From NCBI GenBank assembly GCA_040220235.1, contig JAVJTO010000044.1: a stretch of DNA of 64,000 nt. One strand, written 5' to 3'. This document shows, one piece after another, positions 40,027-50,496 of the stretch. Numbering within the stretch: the stretch's first letter is position 1; the number at the start of each line of letters is the position of its first letter. This DNA is from Coleofasciculus sp. B1-GNL1-01. Lineage in GTDB: Bacteria > Cyanobacteriota > Cyanobacteriia > Cyanobacteriales > Coleofasciculaceae. Under the pieces are notes generated by a model. It saw only the letters and a program-made list of their open reading frames with translations. It searched no databases and had not been told where the DNA came from. The position numbers and the translations under genes were made by a program.

Positions 40027-41811
40027 ATGAAGAATGACGAAAGACAAAGGACGATTCCCACCGTTAACCTTAATTGTGTCCACCTACTGACACTGAGATG
40101 GATTGCAATTTCATGCTCTAGCATTACTACCATCACGGGTATAACCTTGAGGACAGTAGCTCAATCTACCCCACCCCCAGGCGTGAACCTTCCCCCCACC
40201 ACCCCGGAGAGGATTGAGGAAACCATTCCCAACCCCTCCGACTCCCCCCCTCCTCTCCCGGAAGAATCCCCAGTATCGCCACCAGAACCAGGTCTACAAA
40301 CTCCTTCCTCTCCCCAACTCCCTGAGGTGACAACTCCATCCAATGTGCCATTTTTTGTCACAGAAGTGGAGGTGCTAGGAAATACCGTATTGCACGATGA
40401 GATTGCAACATTAAAAGCCGAATATGAGAACCGTGAGGTAACATTTGAAGAATTGCTGGAGCTGCGCTCTCGGATTACTCAGCTTTACCTTGACCAAGAC
40501 TACATCACCTCCGGTGCATTTTTACCCCTGCAAGACCCTAGCAATGGTGTTGTGCAAATTCAAGTCGTCGAGGGTGACTTAGAACAGATCGAGATTGACG
40601 GCTTAAACCATCTGCGGGAAGGCTATGTGCGTAGTCGCCTTGAACTCGCCACTGACGCACCCTTAAACCGAAACCAATTAGAAGAAGCACTGCAACTGCT
40701 GCAACTTGACCCCTTACTCAATCAAGTGGATGCCGAGTTAACCGCAGGAAGCCGTTCTGGTAGCAATATTTTGCAAGTCGAACTCAAAGAATCACCCACC
40801 TTTCACGCTGGCGTTTCTACCGCCAACAACCAATCTCCCAGTATCGGTTCCCTACAAACCAGCCTTTTTGTTGCCCATGATAATCTCTTAGGTTTTGGCG
40901 ATCGCCTCAGCACTCAATACAGCCTCACCGCAGGACTCGACCTCTACGATATCAACTATGCTATCCCCATCAATGCCCGCAATGGCACTCTGAGTGTACG
41001 CTACGCTAACAGCGACAGCAGCATTATCGAAGATGAGTTCGAGGAGTTTGATATCGAAAGCGAAACTCGCACCTTTTCTGTCAATTTTCGCCAACCGATA
41101 TCGCGATCGCCAGAGAGGGAATTTGCCCTGAGTTTAGCCCTAGACTTGCGTCGCAGTCAAACCTTCTTACTCGACGAACCCTTTTCTTTCTCAGTTGGTC
41201 CAGAAGACGGCGAATCCAAGGTAACGGTACTCCGATTTTCTCAAGATTGGGTAGACCGTAGTCGATCCAGTCGCATCTTAGCCGCCCGGTCTCAGTTTAG
41301 CATCGGGCTAGATGCCTTTGATGCAACCATCAACAACACCGGGACTGACGGGCGATTTTTTTCCTGGCTGGGACAATTCCAATGGGTGCAACGGTTGTCA
41401 CCGAGAACGACGCTGATCACGCAAGTGAATGCTCAGTTAACCCCAGATTCTTTACTCTCTCTAGAGCGGTTCAGTATCGGTGGAGTCGATTCAGTCAGAG
41501 GCTATCGGCAAAATCAACGGGTTGCGGATAACGGTATCTTAGGTTCACTTGAGGTTCGCATTCCCCTCACATCAGACCCCAGCCAGCTACAACTTGCTCC
41601 TTTTTTTGCAATCGGTACAGCTTGGAATAATCAAGATCCTGACCCTGACCCAGCCACAATTGCTAGTCTAGGATTGGGTTTGCGGTGGCAAATTCCTTCA
41701 GGTTTGGATTTGCGCCTAGACTACGGCATCCCCTTAATGGAGGTCAACAATCAGGGGGATTCGCTGCAAGAGAATGGTCTTCACTTTTCTCTACGCTACC
41801 AGCCTTTTTGA
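40027..41811 (+). CDS. ShlB/FhaC/HecB-family TpsB outer-membrane transporter
   Basis: Pro-rich linker, POTRA domains, GGVDSVRGY motif, beta-barrel ending in Phe. Confidence 0.93.
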   Translation: MKNDERQRTIPTVNLNCVHLLTLRWIAISCSSITTITGITLRTVAQSTPPPGVNLPPTTPERIEETIPNPSDSPPPLPEESPVSPPEPGLQTPSSPQLPEVTTPSNVPFFVTEVEVLGNTVLHDEIATLKAEYENREVTFEELLELRSRITQLYLDQDYITSGAFLPLQDPSNGVVQIQVVEGDLEQIEIDGLNHLREGYVRSRLELATDAPLNRNQLEEALQLLQLDPLLNQVDAELTAGSRSGSNILQVELKESPTFHAGVSTANNQSPSIGSLQTSLFVAHDNLLGFGDRLSTQYSLTAGLDLYDINYAIPINARNGTLSVRYANSDSSIIEDEFEEFDIESETRTFSVNFRQPISRSPEREFALSLALDLRRSQTFLLDEPFSFSVGPEDGESKVTVLRFSQDWVDRSRSSRILAARSQFSIGLDAFDATINNTGTDGRFFSWLGQFQWVQRLSPRTTLITQVNAQLTPDSLLSLERFSIGGVDSVRGYRQNQRVADNGILGSLEVRIPLTSDPSQLQLAPFFAIGTAWNNQDPDPDPATIASLGLGLRWQIPSGLDLRLDYGIPLMEVNNQGDSLQENGLHFSLRYQPF

Positions 41812-41815
41812 ACCC

Positions 41816-41843
41816 ACTTTGGACTTTGGACTTTGGACTTTGG
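41816..41843. repeat. STRR heptamer ACTTTGG x4
   Basis: Read directly from the sequence. Confidence 0.85.
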
Positions 41844-42007
41844 AAAAAAAATAAATTTGCGTAAAATACACGCCAAGGCATTGAGAGACAAAAGTTCCTC
41901 TATTTCAGCTCAAAGAAAGTTCCCCTGTTCTACCGGAGAAAGCGAAAGCGGTTCTGGGATTAATTAGGGTAGTGCAGCGGATGAAAAATGCTCTAAGGTT
42001 GTCAAGT

Positions 42008-42796
42008 TCACGATACAGAACTTGAACCAATAACATCCAGCACAAAACGCCGTACCAACATCAAAACCTCTGGCAGAATCTGATGCGCCATATCAAACTC
42101 TTGATACGTCACCGCGATTCCCAACGCCTTTAAATTATCTCTGGCGTGTTGTGCTTTACTCACAGGTACAACCGGATCTTGTCTACCATGCACAATCAAA
42201 ACTGGGGGTAACGATTCCCGTGTCAGTTGAGCTGAATCATGCCAGTAGCCACTCATTGAAACTAAGGCGGCACAGGGTAATCTTAACCCCACATCTAACG
42301 CCATGGCTCCCCCTTGGGAAAATCCACTTAAAATGGTACGGGATAGGGGTACACCAGTACTTTCTTCCAGAGACGTTAACCAGTCAATCAACTTTTGACG
42401 ACTTTCCTCTAACCCGTGATTATCTTGGCTTTCCAGCGCATACCAGGCATTGCCCCAGGGGACATCGGGATGAGGAAACGGAGCATCGGGAAATAGAAAC
42501 TGGACATTGGGCAAGTCTAATGCTGAGGCTAATGGAACTAAATCCTGAGAGTTAGCCCCCCAGCCATGTAAGCACACCATCAAGTGAGTTGGGGATTGAC
42601 CATTGGTCGGTCCAATAGTGACAGATTTTAAAGACAAAGACTGAGATCCTAAATCAGAGGTTGTTGGATTTCTAGCAGATGGAGAACGGTTTTGGCAAGC
42701 CTTCAACCCCAGGACTGTTCCAAATACGGCACAGCCTCGTAAGAAAAATCGCCGTCCCATTAATACCATGTTGCAGTCCAAGATCTCGGATGGCAA
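42008..42796 (-). CDS. Phospholipase/carboxylesterase (alpha/beta hydrolase)
   Basis: LHGWG, GFSQG, HGRQDPVV and MAHQI catalytic motifs. Confidence 0.9.
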   Translation of the reverse strand: MPSEILDCNMVLMGRRFFLRGCAVFGTVLGLKACQNRSPSARNPTTSDLGSQSLSLKSVTIGPTNGQSPTHLMVCLHGWGANSQDLVPLASALDLPNVQFLFPDAPFPHPDVPWGNAWYALESQDNHGLEESRQKLIDWLTSLEESTGVPLSRTILSGFSQGGAMALDVGLRLPCAALVSMSGYWHDSAQLTRESLPPVLIVHGRQDPVVPVSKAQHARDNLKALGIAVTYQEFDMAHQILPEVLMLVRRFVLDVIGSSSVS

Positions 42797-42850
42797 TCTT
42801 CAAATCGCGGATTTCACTGATCAGTCAGGACAATTGAGTCGCTTGTCTGT

Positions 42851-43051
42851 TTAGGAATTAACCTGCCTTGAACGAGGGACTCTGGAATTGATTAGATGAG
42901 AACGTAGGATAGTAGCCAGTATAGCCGCACCATATTTATCTTGAATCTCATCACAGGTGGCTTCGCAAAGTCTCTCGACTTCATTGATACGCTGTTGAAG
43001 TTCAGCAATTTGTTGGTCAGTTTTGCTTCTGTTAGGCTGTATCCCAAACAT
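42851..43051 (-). CDS. Small coiled-coil hypothetical protein
   Basis: GAGGAG RBS upstream of the ATG; heptad pattern IAELQQRINEVERL. Confidence 0.5.
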   Translation of the reverse strand: MFGIQPNRSKTDQQIAELQQRINEVERLCEATCDEIQDKYGAAILATILRSHLINSRVPRSRQVNS

Positions 43052-43295
43052 TTCGTCGTTCTCCTCAACGAATTAAACGGTTTGCCAAGCTGATGTCCTA
43101 GCCCTCTATAGGATAGTCGGAATGTGCGATCGCAGGGTAGATTAAGGTGCGATCGCGTTCCCACTCTTCAATGTAAGCCTACGGCTGACTTAAATTTGGA
43201 TTGAGAAATGATTGAGATTCCCCAATTTATCTGTAAAGTTTTTTAAATTATACCGTGTTTGGAGAAAAATAAACAAGGTCAAGTATTGACCGATA

Positions 43296-43823
43296 TCAAA
43301 ACTGACACATCCTTAACGCTGCAACTAATTTATCAACTGCCAACGGCTTACTCAAACACTCATTCATCCCTGCTTTTAAGCATTCCTCGCGCACCTGTGG
43401 CATTTCATCAGATGTTACCGCAATAATACAAGGATGCTGTTCCGGTAACCATTCTTGGCATAAGCGGCGCATCATTGCCAAACCCCCCATCTGTGGCATT
43501 TGCACATCGGTTAAAACAACATCGTAATGGTTTTGGCGTAACGCTTCTAAGGCTTCCAATCCATTCCCGACAACATCTGCCTGATAGCCTAGCGATCGCA
43601 AAACTCGTAACGCCACTGTGCGATCGCCCCATTGATCTTCGGCTACGAGAATCCGCAGGGGTAATTCCTTCGCTAACGGTGCAACCGATTCAGCACTTGG
43701 CTGCGGATTTTGATTAGTCTGCGATGGCTGACTAAACATCTGCGTCCAAATGTTACCAATCTGAGACAGTTGCAGGGATTGATCGGTGAATGTAGCCCCA
43801 TTGGCGATAGTTAAACTAGACAT
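43296..43823 (-). CDS. Single receiver-domain response regulator with N-terminal extension
   Basis: ILVAED, TDVQMP, AVT and LSKP motifs. Confidence 0.85.
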   Translation of the reverse strand: MSSLTIANGATFTDQSLQLSQIGNIWTQMFSQPSQTNQNPQPSAESVAPLAKELPLRILVAEDQWGDRTVALRVLRSLGYQADVVGNGLEALEALRQNHYDVVLTDVQMPQMGGLAMMRRLCQEWLPEQHPCIIAVTSDEMPQVREECLKAGMNECLSKPLAVDKLVAALRMCQF

Positions 43824-44016
43824 TGTTACTACCTTTCAGTGGTAATGTACAGGTTGAGCAAGTGCGATCGCGTCTGTCACTGTAGTGCGATCATTTCTCC
43901 ATCTCATCAAAGCCGACGGTTGCTTGAGATTCTGCTTGAGAAATGCTTGAGTTTGCTTGACTTATGCCAGATCCGAAAAAAAGAACATTATCATACAATA
44001 AAGTGCTTTTTCCTAA

Positions 44017-44914
44017 CTCTGTTTAGAATTTGAAGATTCTGGCGACTTTCCCGCAGATCGGGCGGAATTATATAAACGTGGGATTGCTACCCTTTTACTA
44101 AAATGGGACGCTAAACGGGGAATTATCCGAGATCAGGTTTATAAAAAACTATCCGTTCAACGTAAACAAAACTTACTTAGTCAGATTGCGTTTACCACCT
44201 TTGATTGATCAATTAGTGGCTACAGATGCGGAATTACAACGGTTATTGCAGTGAGTGTATGGGAAATCAAATACTGTTCACGTTCGCTATAAATCAGCAG
44301 CCGTGCGGGTGTTTTATTTTAATTTAGCCCGGAATCATTATTCTCAACACAACCCCACACCTCCGCAACCGGAATCAGACTTGATTGGTGTCCTCGATTG
44401 CCATTTCCACCATCTTCTACTGTTAGGATCTAGCCAAACCCAGGATATTGGACTCGATGAACTGCTATCCTTGACCTTTGAACAGGCGTCTAAGCTGGTT
44501 TTGGGATTAGCCGATCGCCCCTACGCCATGAGAGGAGCATTATTTCTGGCGTGCGATCGCGCCCTGAATCTTGACCCCAGGTTGGGCAAAGCCTTACAGG
44601 ATCTTAAGCAACAACTCCCTAATCCAGATTTCAATCTCGATGGGGATGAGTGGCAGTTTAAGCAATGGTGGCAAACTCATGGTATTTCTTGGACAGAGCA
44701 ATTGTCGGCGGCGATTATTAAGTATCGCCAGATTGGTTACCCTTGGCAATTTAATTCTCAACAAAATAAACTCCTCAAGCATTATTATGATGCCAATCGA
44801 TTATTAGTGGACTGTCTCAATAGTGATTGTTATGTTAGTCGTGAGGTGCGACAGGAGATTGAGGATACCTTATTATTGCCGATGGCTGAAATAGAGAAAT
44901 GTCAGGGTGCATAG
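44017..44914 (+). pseudogene. NACHT NTPase remnant (post-NACHT helical segment plus C-terminal helical domain)
   Basis: LCLEFEDSGDFPADRAELYKRG...KWD...RDQVYKKLS.QRK..LLSQIA, then a frame jump at ~44204 to IDQLVATD...Q*VY...YKSAAVRVFYF...YYDANRLLVDCLNSDCYVSREVRQEIEDTLLLP. Confidence 0.75.
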
Positions 44915-45070
44915 GTAAATTTGCCCTCCTGTGAGTATCTTGCCCACTTCCCTTGCTTCCAGAGACCAAGATGCTTCCACAACATAAGTCCTGGTATCAA
45001 CCGTTCAATGCCGAACTAATAATAATACAATTATAGAAAGCACTAATTTGCTGGCAGTCTTACTGAACCT

Positions 45071-45997
45071 ATGTTTCCAGTTATTTACTCTGATGAATTT
45101 CTCAATCACGACAACGGTGGTTTCCACCCTGAACGTCCAGAACGATTGACAGCCATTGTCAACGCCTTAAACGCTGCACCCTGGGCAGATAAAGTTGATT
45201 GGCAGCTACCTACACCTGTAGAGAGTCGTCCGGTAATGCCTCTGTTGCAAAAAGTTCATGACCAAGATTACATCAATTTAGTCAAACAACTCGCCCACGA
45301 CGGTGGAGGAATGATAGATGGCGACACCAGGGTTTCTCCCCGCAGTTATGATATTGCCCTGTTAGCCATCAGCGCTTGGTTAGATGGAGTTGATCGGGTT
45401 CTCACCAGCCACAACCCGGCATTTGTCCTCGCACGTCCCCCTGGACATCATGCCGAAGGTCCCAGGGGGATGGGATTTTGTCTCTTTTCCAATGCGGCGA
45501 TCGCGGCTTACTATGCCCTAGAACAACCTGGTATCCAAAAAGTCGCCATTTTGGATTGGGATGTTCATCATGGTAACGGCACTCAAAGCCTCGTGGAAAA
45601 CGATGCCCGTATTGTCTACTGTTCCCTCCACCAATATCCCTGCTATCCTGGCACTGGAAACCCTCGCGAACGCGGCTCGTACAATAATGTTCTGAATATA
45701 CCAATGCCACCAGGCAGTACATTCACAGAATACCAACCCATGTTTGAGCAGGGGGTAATACCATTTTTCCGTGAATTTCAGCCCGATTTACTCATCATCA
45801 GTGCAGGTTACGACGCCAACGCCGATGATCCCCTCGCCAGCGTCGCCCTGAAACCAAACGATTTTGGCGTATTCACAGATTATTGCTTGCAAGTGACTCA
45901 CCGTATTTTATTTGGCTTAGAAGGAGGTTATGATCTGACTGCCTTAGCCAAGTCCGTTATTGCCACTATTGAACCTTGTTTAAAGCTGGGTGAATAG
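45071..45997 (+). CDS. Histone deacetylase family protein
   Basis: HPERPER, RPPGHH, MGFC, DWDVHHGNG, SAGYD and LEGGY motifs. Confidence 0.95.
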   Translation: MFPVIYSDEFLNHDNGGFHPERPERLTAIVNALNAAPWADKVDWQLPTPVESRPVMPLLQKVHDQDYINLVKQLAHDGGGMIDGDTRVSPRSYDIALLAISAWLDGVDRVLTSHNPAFVLARPPGHHAEGPRGMGFCLFSNAAIAAYYALEQPGIQKVAILDWDVHHGNGTQSLVENDARIVYCSLHQYPCYPGTGNPRERGSYNNVLNIPMPPGSTFTEYQPMFEQGVIPFFREFQPDLLIISAGYDANADDPLASVALKPNDFGVFTDYCLQVTHRILFGLEGGYDLTALAKSVIATIEPCLKLGE

Positions 45998-46022
45998 TTG
46001 CCACAAATCGCTCAATCAACAA

Positions 46023-46697
46023 TTAGAACAGCTTCAGATTGTAACCTACACCTAAAACCAGTCCCACATCTGTTTCATCATCCTCGGGAAATGCCACATT
46101 GACACGCACTGTACCCGTAAATCGGGGAGGGATGGGAACATCGACGCCCCCGGAAACCAACGGATCAGCTTCCCAGTCGTCATCAGGTTGCAGCAGCACA
46201 CCCCCTCCCGCAAAAGGAATCACAATCGTTTGTCCAGTAACAGGAGTCTTGATTGGAAAATTTAGGCTAAGGGTAAGTGATGTGGTGGTTTCGTCACCAA
46301 ACATGACTGCATTATGCACAGAGAAATTCTCAGTAAATCCTGCTTTACTGACAATGACGAAAGATCCTTCCCCTAAGTTGGTTTCTTCACCATCCAGACC
46401 AATATTCCCACCTACGCCGATATAGCTGCGTCCCAGTATTTTTAGAGGATTAACCCCAGGGACTTGTGCTACCTCTGGAGTGGCGGCGACAGTTTGGGGT
46501 TGAACCAAGACTAGGGTTGGCTGGGTGTTATTAGTCGTTGAGCCAGACGATTGAGCCGAGTCAGAGGGAGTAACAGTTATATAACCATAGTAGGCAGAGT
46601 CTGGCGTCTGGGCTTGAGCGGATAAACCACTACACAGCAGGGACGAAGCGGTGAAACCGAATAGCCAGAAAAAAAGTTTTGCCAAGTTCGGTTGCAT
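46023..46697 (-). CDS. Outer-membrane beta-barrel protein
   Basis: Signal peptide; SYIGVGGNIG, PFAGGG, GGVDVP and GVGYN strands; terminal Phe. Confidence 0.7.
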   Translation of the reverse strand: MQPNLAKLFFWLFGFTASSLLCSGLSAQAQTPDSAYYGYITVTPSDSAQSSGSTTNNTQPTLVLVQPQTVAATPEVAQVPGVNPLKILGRSYIGVGGNIGLDGEETNLGEGSFVIVSKAGFTENFSVHNAVMFGDETTTSLTLSLNFPIKTPVTGQTIVIPFAGGGVLLQPDDDWEADPLVSGGVDVPIPPRFTGTVRVNVAFPEDDETDVGLVLGVGYNLKLF

Positions 46698-47135
46698 GAT
46701 TGTTCACGTTTGTGTTTAGGAAAATCATGCCACAATTCAACCGACATTGGAAAGTGCTCACGTCGTCTGTAGTAAATCTCTACTACTGTGCTGGATTTGA
46801 GCCAGAATCTGCATCGCTTCTGTCAAATTCTCACAAAGATAATTTGTTTTGAAGTAAAAGGGTTTCAGACGCTCAGTCGTTATTTCAGCCGGTTCCCAAA
46901 TGATCAGCTTCAAGGGTTTTTGGGGATGATTCGTTGCACAAAGCGAGTGGAGTAACATCGTAGTACGCACCTCAATCAGTAGAATGCTCCGGGTTCAGAA
47001 TCCAGATTCAGCCTCCCACCGCCAGACGGCTGACAGCGATCAGGACTTTTTCCGGGGTCTTTACAAAACTACATTCACAAAGGTGTCTATCAGGACGCTT
47101 CATTAAAACTTTACAACCAGGGAGATGGGGGAATT

Positions 47136-47250
47136 GTAGGGGCGGGTTTTACTACTAACGTTGGGTTGTCACCTTGATATCACTAAACCCGCCCCAATTA
47201 GAGTGCAAGTCATCTTCAACAAATGACGAATGACAAAGGACAAATGACAA
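47136..47250. repeat. REP-like GTAG palindrome plus AAATGAC-type STRR
   Basis: GTAGGGGCGGGTTT...AAACCCGCCC; AAATGAC GAATGAC AAAGGAC AAATGAC. Confidence 0.7.
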
Positions 47251-47298
47251 ATATTAAGTAAAGTAAAGATATAGCAGCAAAATCGGAGTCGTAATTTT

Positions 47299-47961
47299 AT
47301 GGTGTTATTTGGATTTGGCGGATTTGGCAAAAAGCTCAGCCTGCCTAAACCTGAAGAAGCGTTACCGGGGCGGGAAGAACCCATGTCCGTTCCAGCCAAC
47401 CACTATGTCAACGGCAATCCTCTCAAACCCCCTTACCCCGATGGTATGGAAATGGCGATGTTTGGCATGGGCTGTTTCTGGGGGGCTGAACGCCGATTTT
47501 GGCAACAAGAGGGAGTGTTTGTCACGGCTGTGGGGTATGCAGGTGGGATAACGCCTAACCCCACCTATCAAGAAGTCTGTACCGGGATGACGGGTCACAA
47601 TGAAGTTGTGCGCGTCGTATTTGACCCCAAGGTGATTAGTTATCAGCAATTGCTGAAAGTTTTCTGGGAGAGTCATAATCCCACCCAAGGGATGCGCCAA
47701 GGAAATGACACGGGTACTCAATATCGTTCGGGAATTTATACCTATTCCGATAGTCAAAAGAAACTCGCAGACGCTTCACGAGACGCCTATCAAAAAGCGC
47801 TGAGTGAGGCGGGTCATGGAGAAATCACCACAGAAATTGTTGATGCTCCAGAGTTTTACTATGCAGAAGGCTATCACCAGCAATACTTAGCCAAGAATCC
47901 CAATGGCTATTGTGGGCTAGGAGGAACTAATGTGACTTGTCCGACTCCAGTGGCTCTGTAG
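47299..47961 (+). CDS. msrA: Peptide-methionine (S)-S-oxide reductase
   Basis: [21 protein letters not shown] and AEGYHQQYL motifs. Confidence 0.97.
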   Translation: MVLFGFGGFGKKLSLPKPEEALPGREEPMSVPANHYVNGNPLKPPYPDGMEMAMFGMGCFWGAERRFWQQEGVFVTAVGYAGGITPNPTYQEVCTGMTGHNEVVRVVFDPKVISYQQLLKVFWESHNPTQGMRQGNDTGTQYRSGIYTYSDSQKKLADASRDAYQKALSEAGHGEITTEIVDAPEFYYAEGYHQQYLAKNPNGYCGLGGTNVTCPTPVAL

Positions 47962-47990
47962 TGTATAAATTCCAATTGACCTTGATTTGA

Positions 47991-48024
47991 CCCCACCCTA
48001 ACCCTCCCCTTACCAAGGGGAGGG
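47991..48024. repeat. Short palindromic repeat CCCTCCCCTT-ACC-AAGGGGAGGG
   Basis: Hairpin between convergent genes. Confidence 0.6.
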
Positions 48025-48081
48025 AACTTGAACAGCTTGGGTTTTGCCCTTGTGCCTTCTATCTTCTGCCTTAATTTGTGC

Positions 48082-48519
48082 CTATCGTTGGGCTTGTATC
48101 TGATCAATCTTGCGTGTCAGTGCGATTCGGGTTGAGGCGGTGTAGCAGCGATTTGTCAAGGGATCATACCCTTCCCAATGTCGGGCAGCTTGGTTAATAA
48201 ACCAATCGCCATACATACCATTCCCATCGAAATCACTGTCTAGCATCATCCACTCCCTGGCTAAGGGTAAGCCATCCTCAGCCAAGGCTTCAACCTGGGG
48301 TTGCACCCAGTCCCACAATTCCTGAACACTAGGAAAAATACCGGGATGCCAGTATTCATTCAGAATACTTGATACCACAACTCGATATCCTTGCTCGACT
48401 GGATAAATCCGAACTTCAATCCCATCGTGGCTAATCGCTTGAGATGCCGTAAAACGGTTTTCTGGCATGGCTTGGGGATGATTCAGGCGGCGATTGTTAA
48501 GCTTTGATTTGCCGGACAT
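48082..48519 (-). CDS. Hypothetical protein
   Basis: 145-aa Trp-rich ORF; no motif recognised. Confidence 0.6.
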   Translation of the reverse strand: MSGKSKLNNRRLNHPQAMPENRFTASQAISHDGIEVRIYPVEQGYRVVVSSILNEYWHPGIFPSVQELWDWVQPQVEALAEDGLPLAREWMMLDSDFDGNGMYGDWFINQAARHWEGYDPLTNRCYTASTRIALTRKIDQIQAQR

Positions 48520-48934
48520 GAAATTATTGGATACATCGCTTCATCTGCCATGATAGCGATCGCGCTTCCCAAACTTGGCGACTTCACCGATGGAACGCTT
48601 CTCCTTCAGGCTAATTCCATCCTGGCGAACTCTAAGAAACCACCCGGAGAGATCGCTGGGCTTTTTGGACATATTTGGTGATAACCGCCATTTATTTTAG
48701 CGATTATTGACAAAAAATTGGCACGCCATCTCAGAAAAGCCAGCGTGAGAGAGCGCTGGATGACATGGAAAGTATCATGGTGCCGCTACTAGATTACACC
48801 ATTGATGGGATGACTGAAAATAGTAGCTTTACAGTTTGATACTTTCGCCACAAAGGAAAAGCATGATTTATTTTTTTCTGTGTTAACTTATGGGTATTTG
48901 CATCGAAGCCGCTTGAGTTCCCAGTTGCTGAATC

Positions 48935-49759
48935 ATGACTCAACTCAATCCCCTGAAATCTAACCAATTTTGGTTATTGGGTATCGCCACGGGTTTAATC
49001 ACACTGCATTTCACGTTAGTATCGAGAAGCAATAATAATAATCTATTCAGCGCCAGCCTCCTGTTTGGGTGCGTGGTTTTAGGGTTGCTGTGGATGAAGC
49101 GCGATCAAATAACCTGGCACAGCAGTCCATTATCCAGTAGTTTGGCAGGGTTGCTGATAGCCGGGATTCTGTTTAAAAGTAAACATGTCGTTGGCGATGA
49201 CGTTTTCCTGCAACTTTTCCCGTTGATGTCAGGATTGGCGTTAGCGTTACTGGTATCTGGGTTTAAGGGATTAAAACAATACAATAAAGAATGGCTACTG
49301 CTGGGGTTTATTGCAGTTCCTTGGAGACAACTGGTTTATCCAGTTCTTAACTTATCCTTGTTAACCGCTAAGTTTGCCAGTGGTTTTCTCTGGCTATTGG
49401 GCTTTGAGGTTAAGCGTGAAGGGGTTATTGTCAGTTTGCCTACGGGGAGTATTGAAGTTTACAATGGCTGTGCCGGTTTAAAGCTTATGGTTCAGCTTTT
49501 AGGCATTGCCTTGATTTTTTTAGTCCTTGTGCCAACGGGATTAAAACAGAAGGTTTTACTACCCATTTTTGCCGTTTTTATCGGTTTTGTGATTAACGGG
49601 ATGCGGGTGGCGCTGATGGCGGTACTTGTCGCCCTATCAGAGCAAGAGGCATTTGCTTACTGGCATTTGGGACAGGGTTCTTTACTATTTTCGCTGATTG
49701 CAGTATTGATTTTTGGTTTAGTCTGCCATAAGGTTGCAGGGGGTTTTGTAAGGGTTTGA
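48935..49759 (+). CDS. crtA: Cyanoexosortase A
   Basis: Multi-TM; Cys (VYNGCAG), Arg (NGMRVALMA) and His (YWHLGQG) exosortase triad; GFKGLKQY motif. Confidence 0.82.
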   Translation: MTQLNPLKSNQFWLLGIATGLITLHFTLVSRSNNNNLFSASLLFGCVVLGLLWMKRDQITWHSSPLSSSLAGLLIAGILFKSKHVVGDDVFLQLFPLMSGLALALLVSGFKGLKQYNKEWLLLGFIAVPWRQLVYPVLNLSLLTAKFASGFLWLLGFEVKREGVIVSLPTGSIEVYNGCAGLKLMVQLLGIALIFLVLVPTGLKQKVLLPIFAVFIGFVINGMRVALMAVLVALSEQEAFAYWHLGQGSLLFSLIAVLIFGLVCHKVAGGFVRV

Positions 49760-50287
49760 GGCTTGTTTACAAAACTTAGTACAGTGCTGTTTTCTTTTGT
49801 CCGACTACTTAGTAGTTGCATCCCTATTCCACGAGTCGTCTGTTTGGGATCAGGGATAATACGCATTAAACGGTTTTTTTGTCAAATCTGCCTCGAAATG
49901 AGTCTAGGCAATTAGGTTGTGCAATATAGTTGTAGTATTTGAGGCTTGCCGACACGAGAACGAAAAAAATAACGCAGTATAAGGCGTTGAAGCGTTTACT
50001 GTTGAAAATTGGCACTGAAATACACCCAATACAGGATTCAAATAACATCATACTACATTCTCAAACCCCGATCAAATCAGGATTTACCCGCGATATTTTC
50101 GGGCAGCCCTAAATCCGCTTTACTTTAGAATATTAAAACGTAAACGTCAATGGTAAAAGTTTTATTTATCTGTATGAACTGGTACAGATTGTTAATAATG
50201 GCGAATGCGACAACAAAATATTCTCGATTGTCCTCCACTTGTAGGGGCGGGTTTAGGGACTCAATTAATCGGGAAACCGATAACTTA

Positions 50288-50397
50288 TAGCCCTACGGGG
50301 ATACGTTAGGACATTCCCCTGTTGCCTGTTGCCTGTTGCCTGTTGCCTGTTGCCTTTTCACCCAATTGTATTGTCCTAACCTTAATGCGTAGTGCTA
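50288..50397. mobile_element. 110-bp MITE with imperfect 26-bp inverted ends and a CCTGTTG STRR, inserted in a REP-like repeat
   Basis: TAGCCCTACGGGGATACGTTAGGACA versus reverse complement TAGCACTACGCATTAAGGTTAGGACA; TA duplicated at 50286-87 and 50398-99. Confidence 0.8.
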
Positions 50398-50496
50398 TAT
50401 CAACCAGACCCACCCTGATTAAATTGACAAAACAACGTCCTAATTCAAATTTTTGGGATTCCCCAGGGGAATTTTCGGGCGCACGTCTGTGCGCCC

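Noticed and set aside
44255..44914. Intact 219-aa gene
   Set aside because: Its GTG directly follows an in-frame stop within a longer NACHT-like remnant.
46758..46970. 70-aa GTG-start ORF
   Set aside because: No RBS or motif recognised; cannot be supported, though not excluded.
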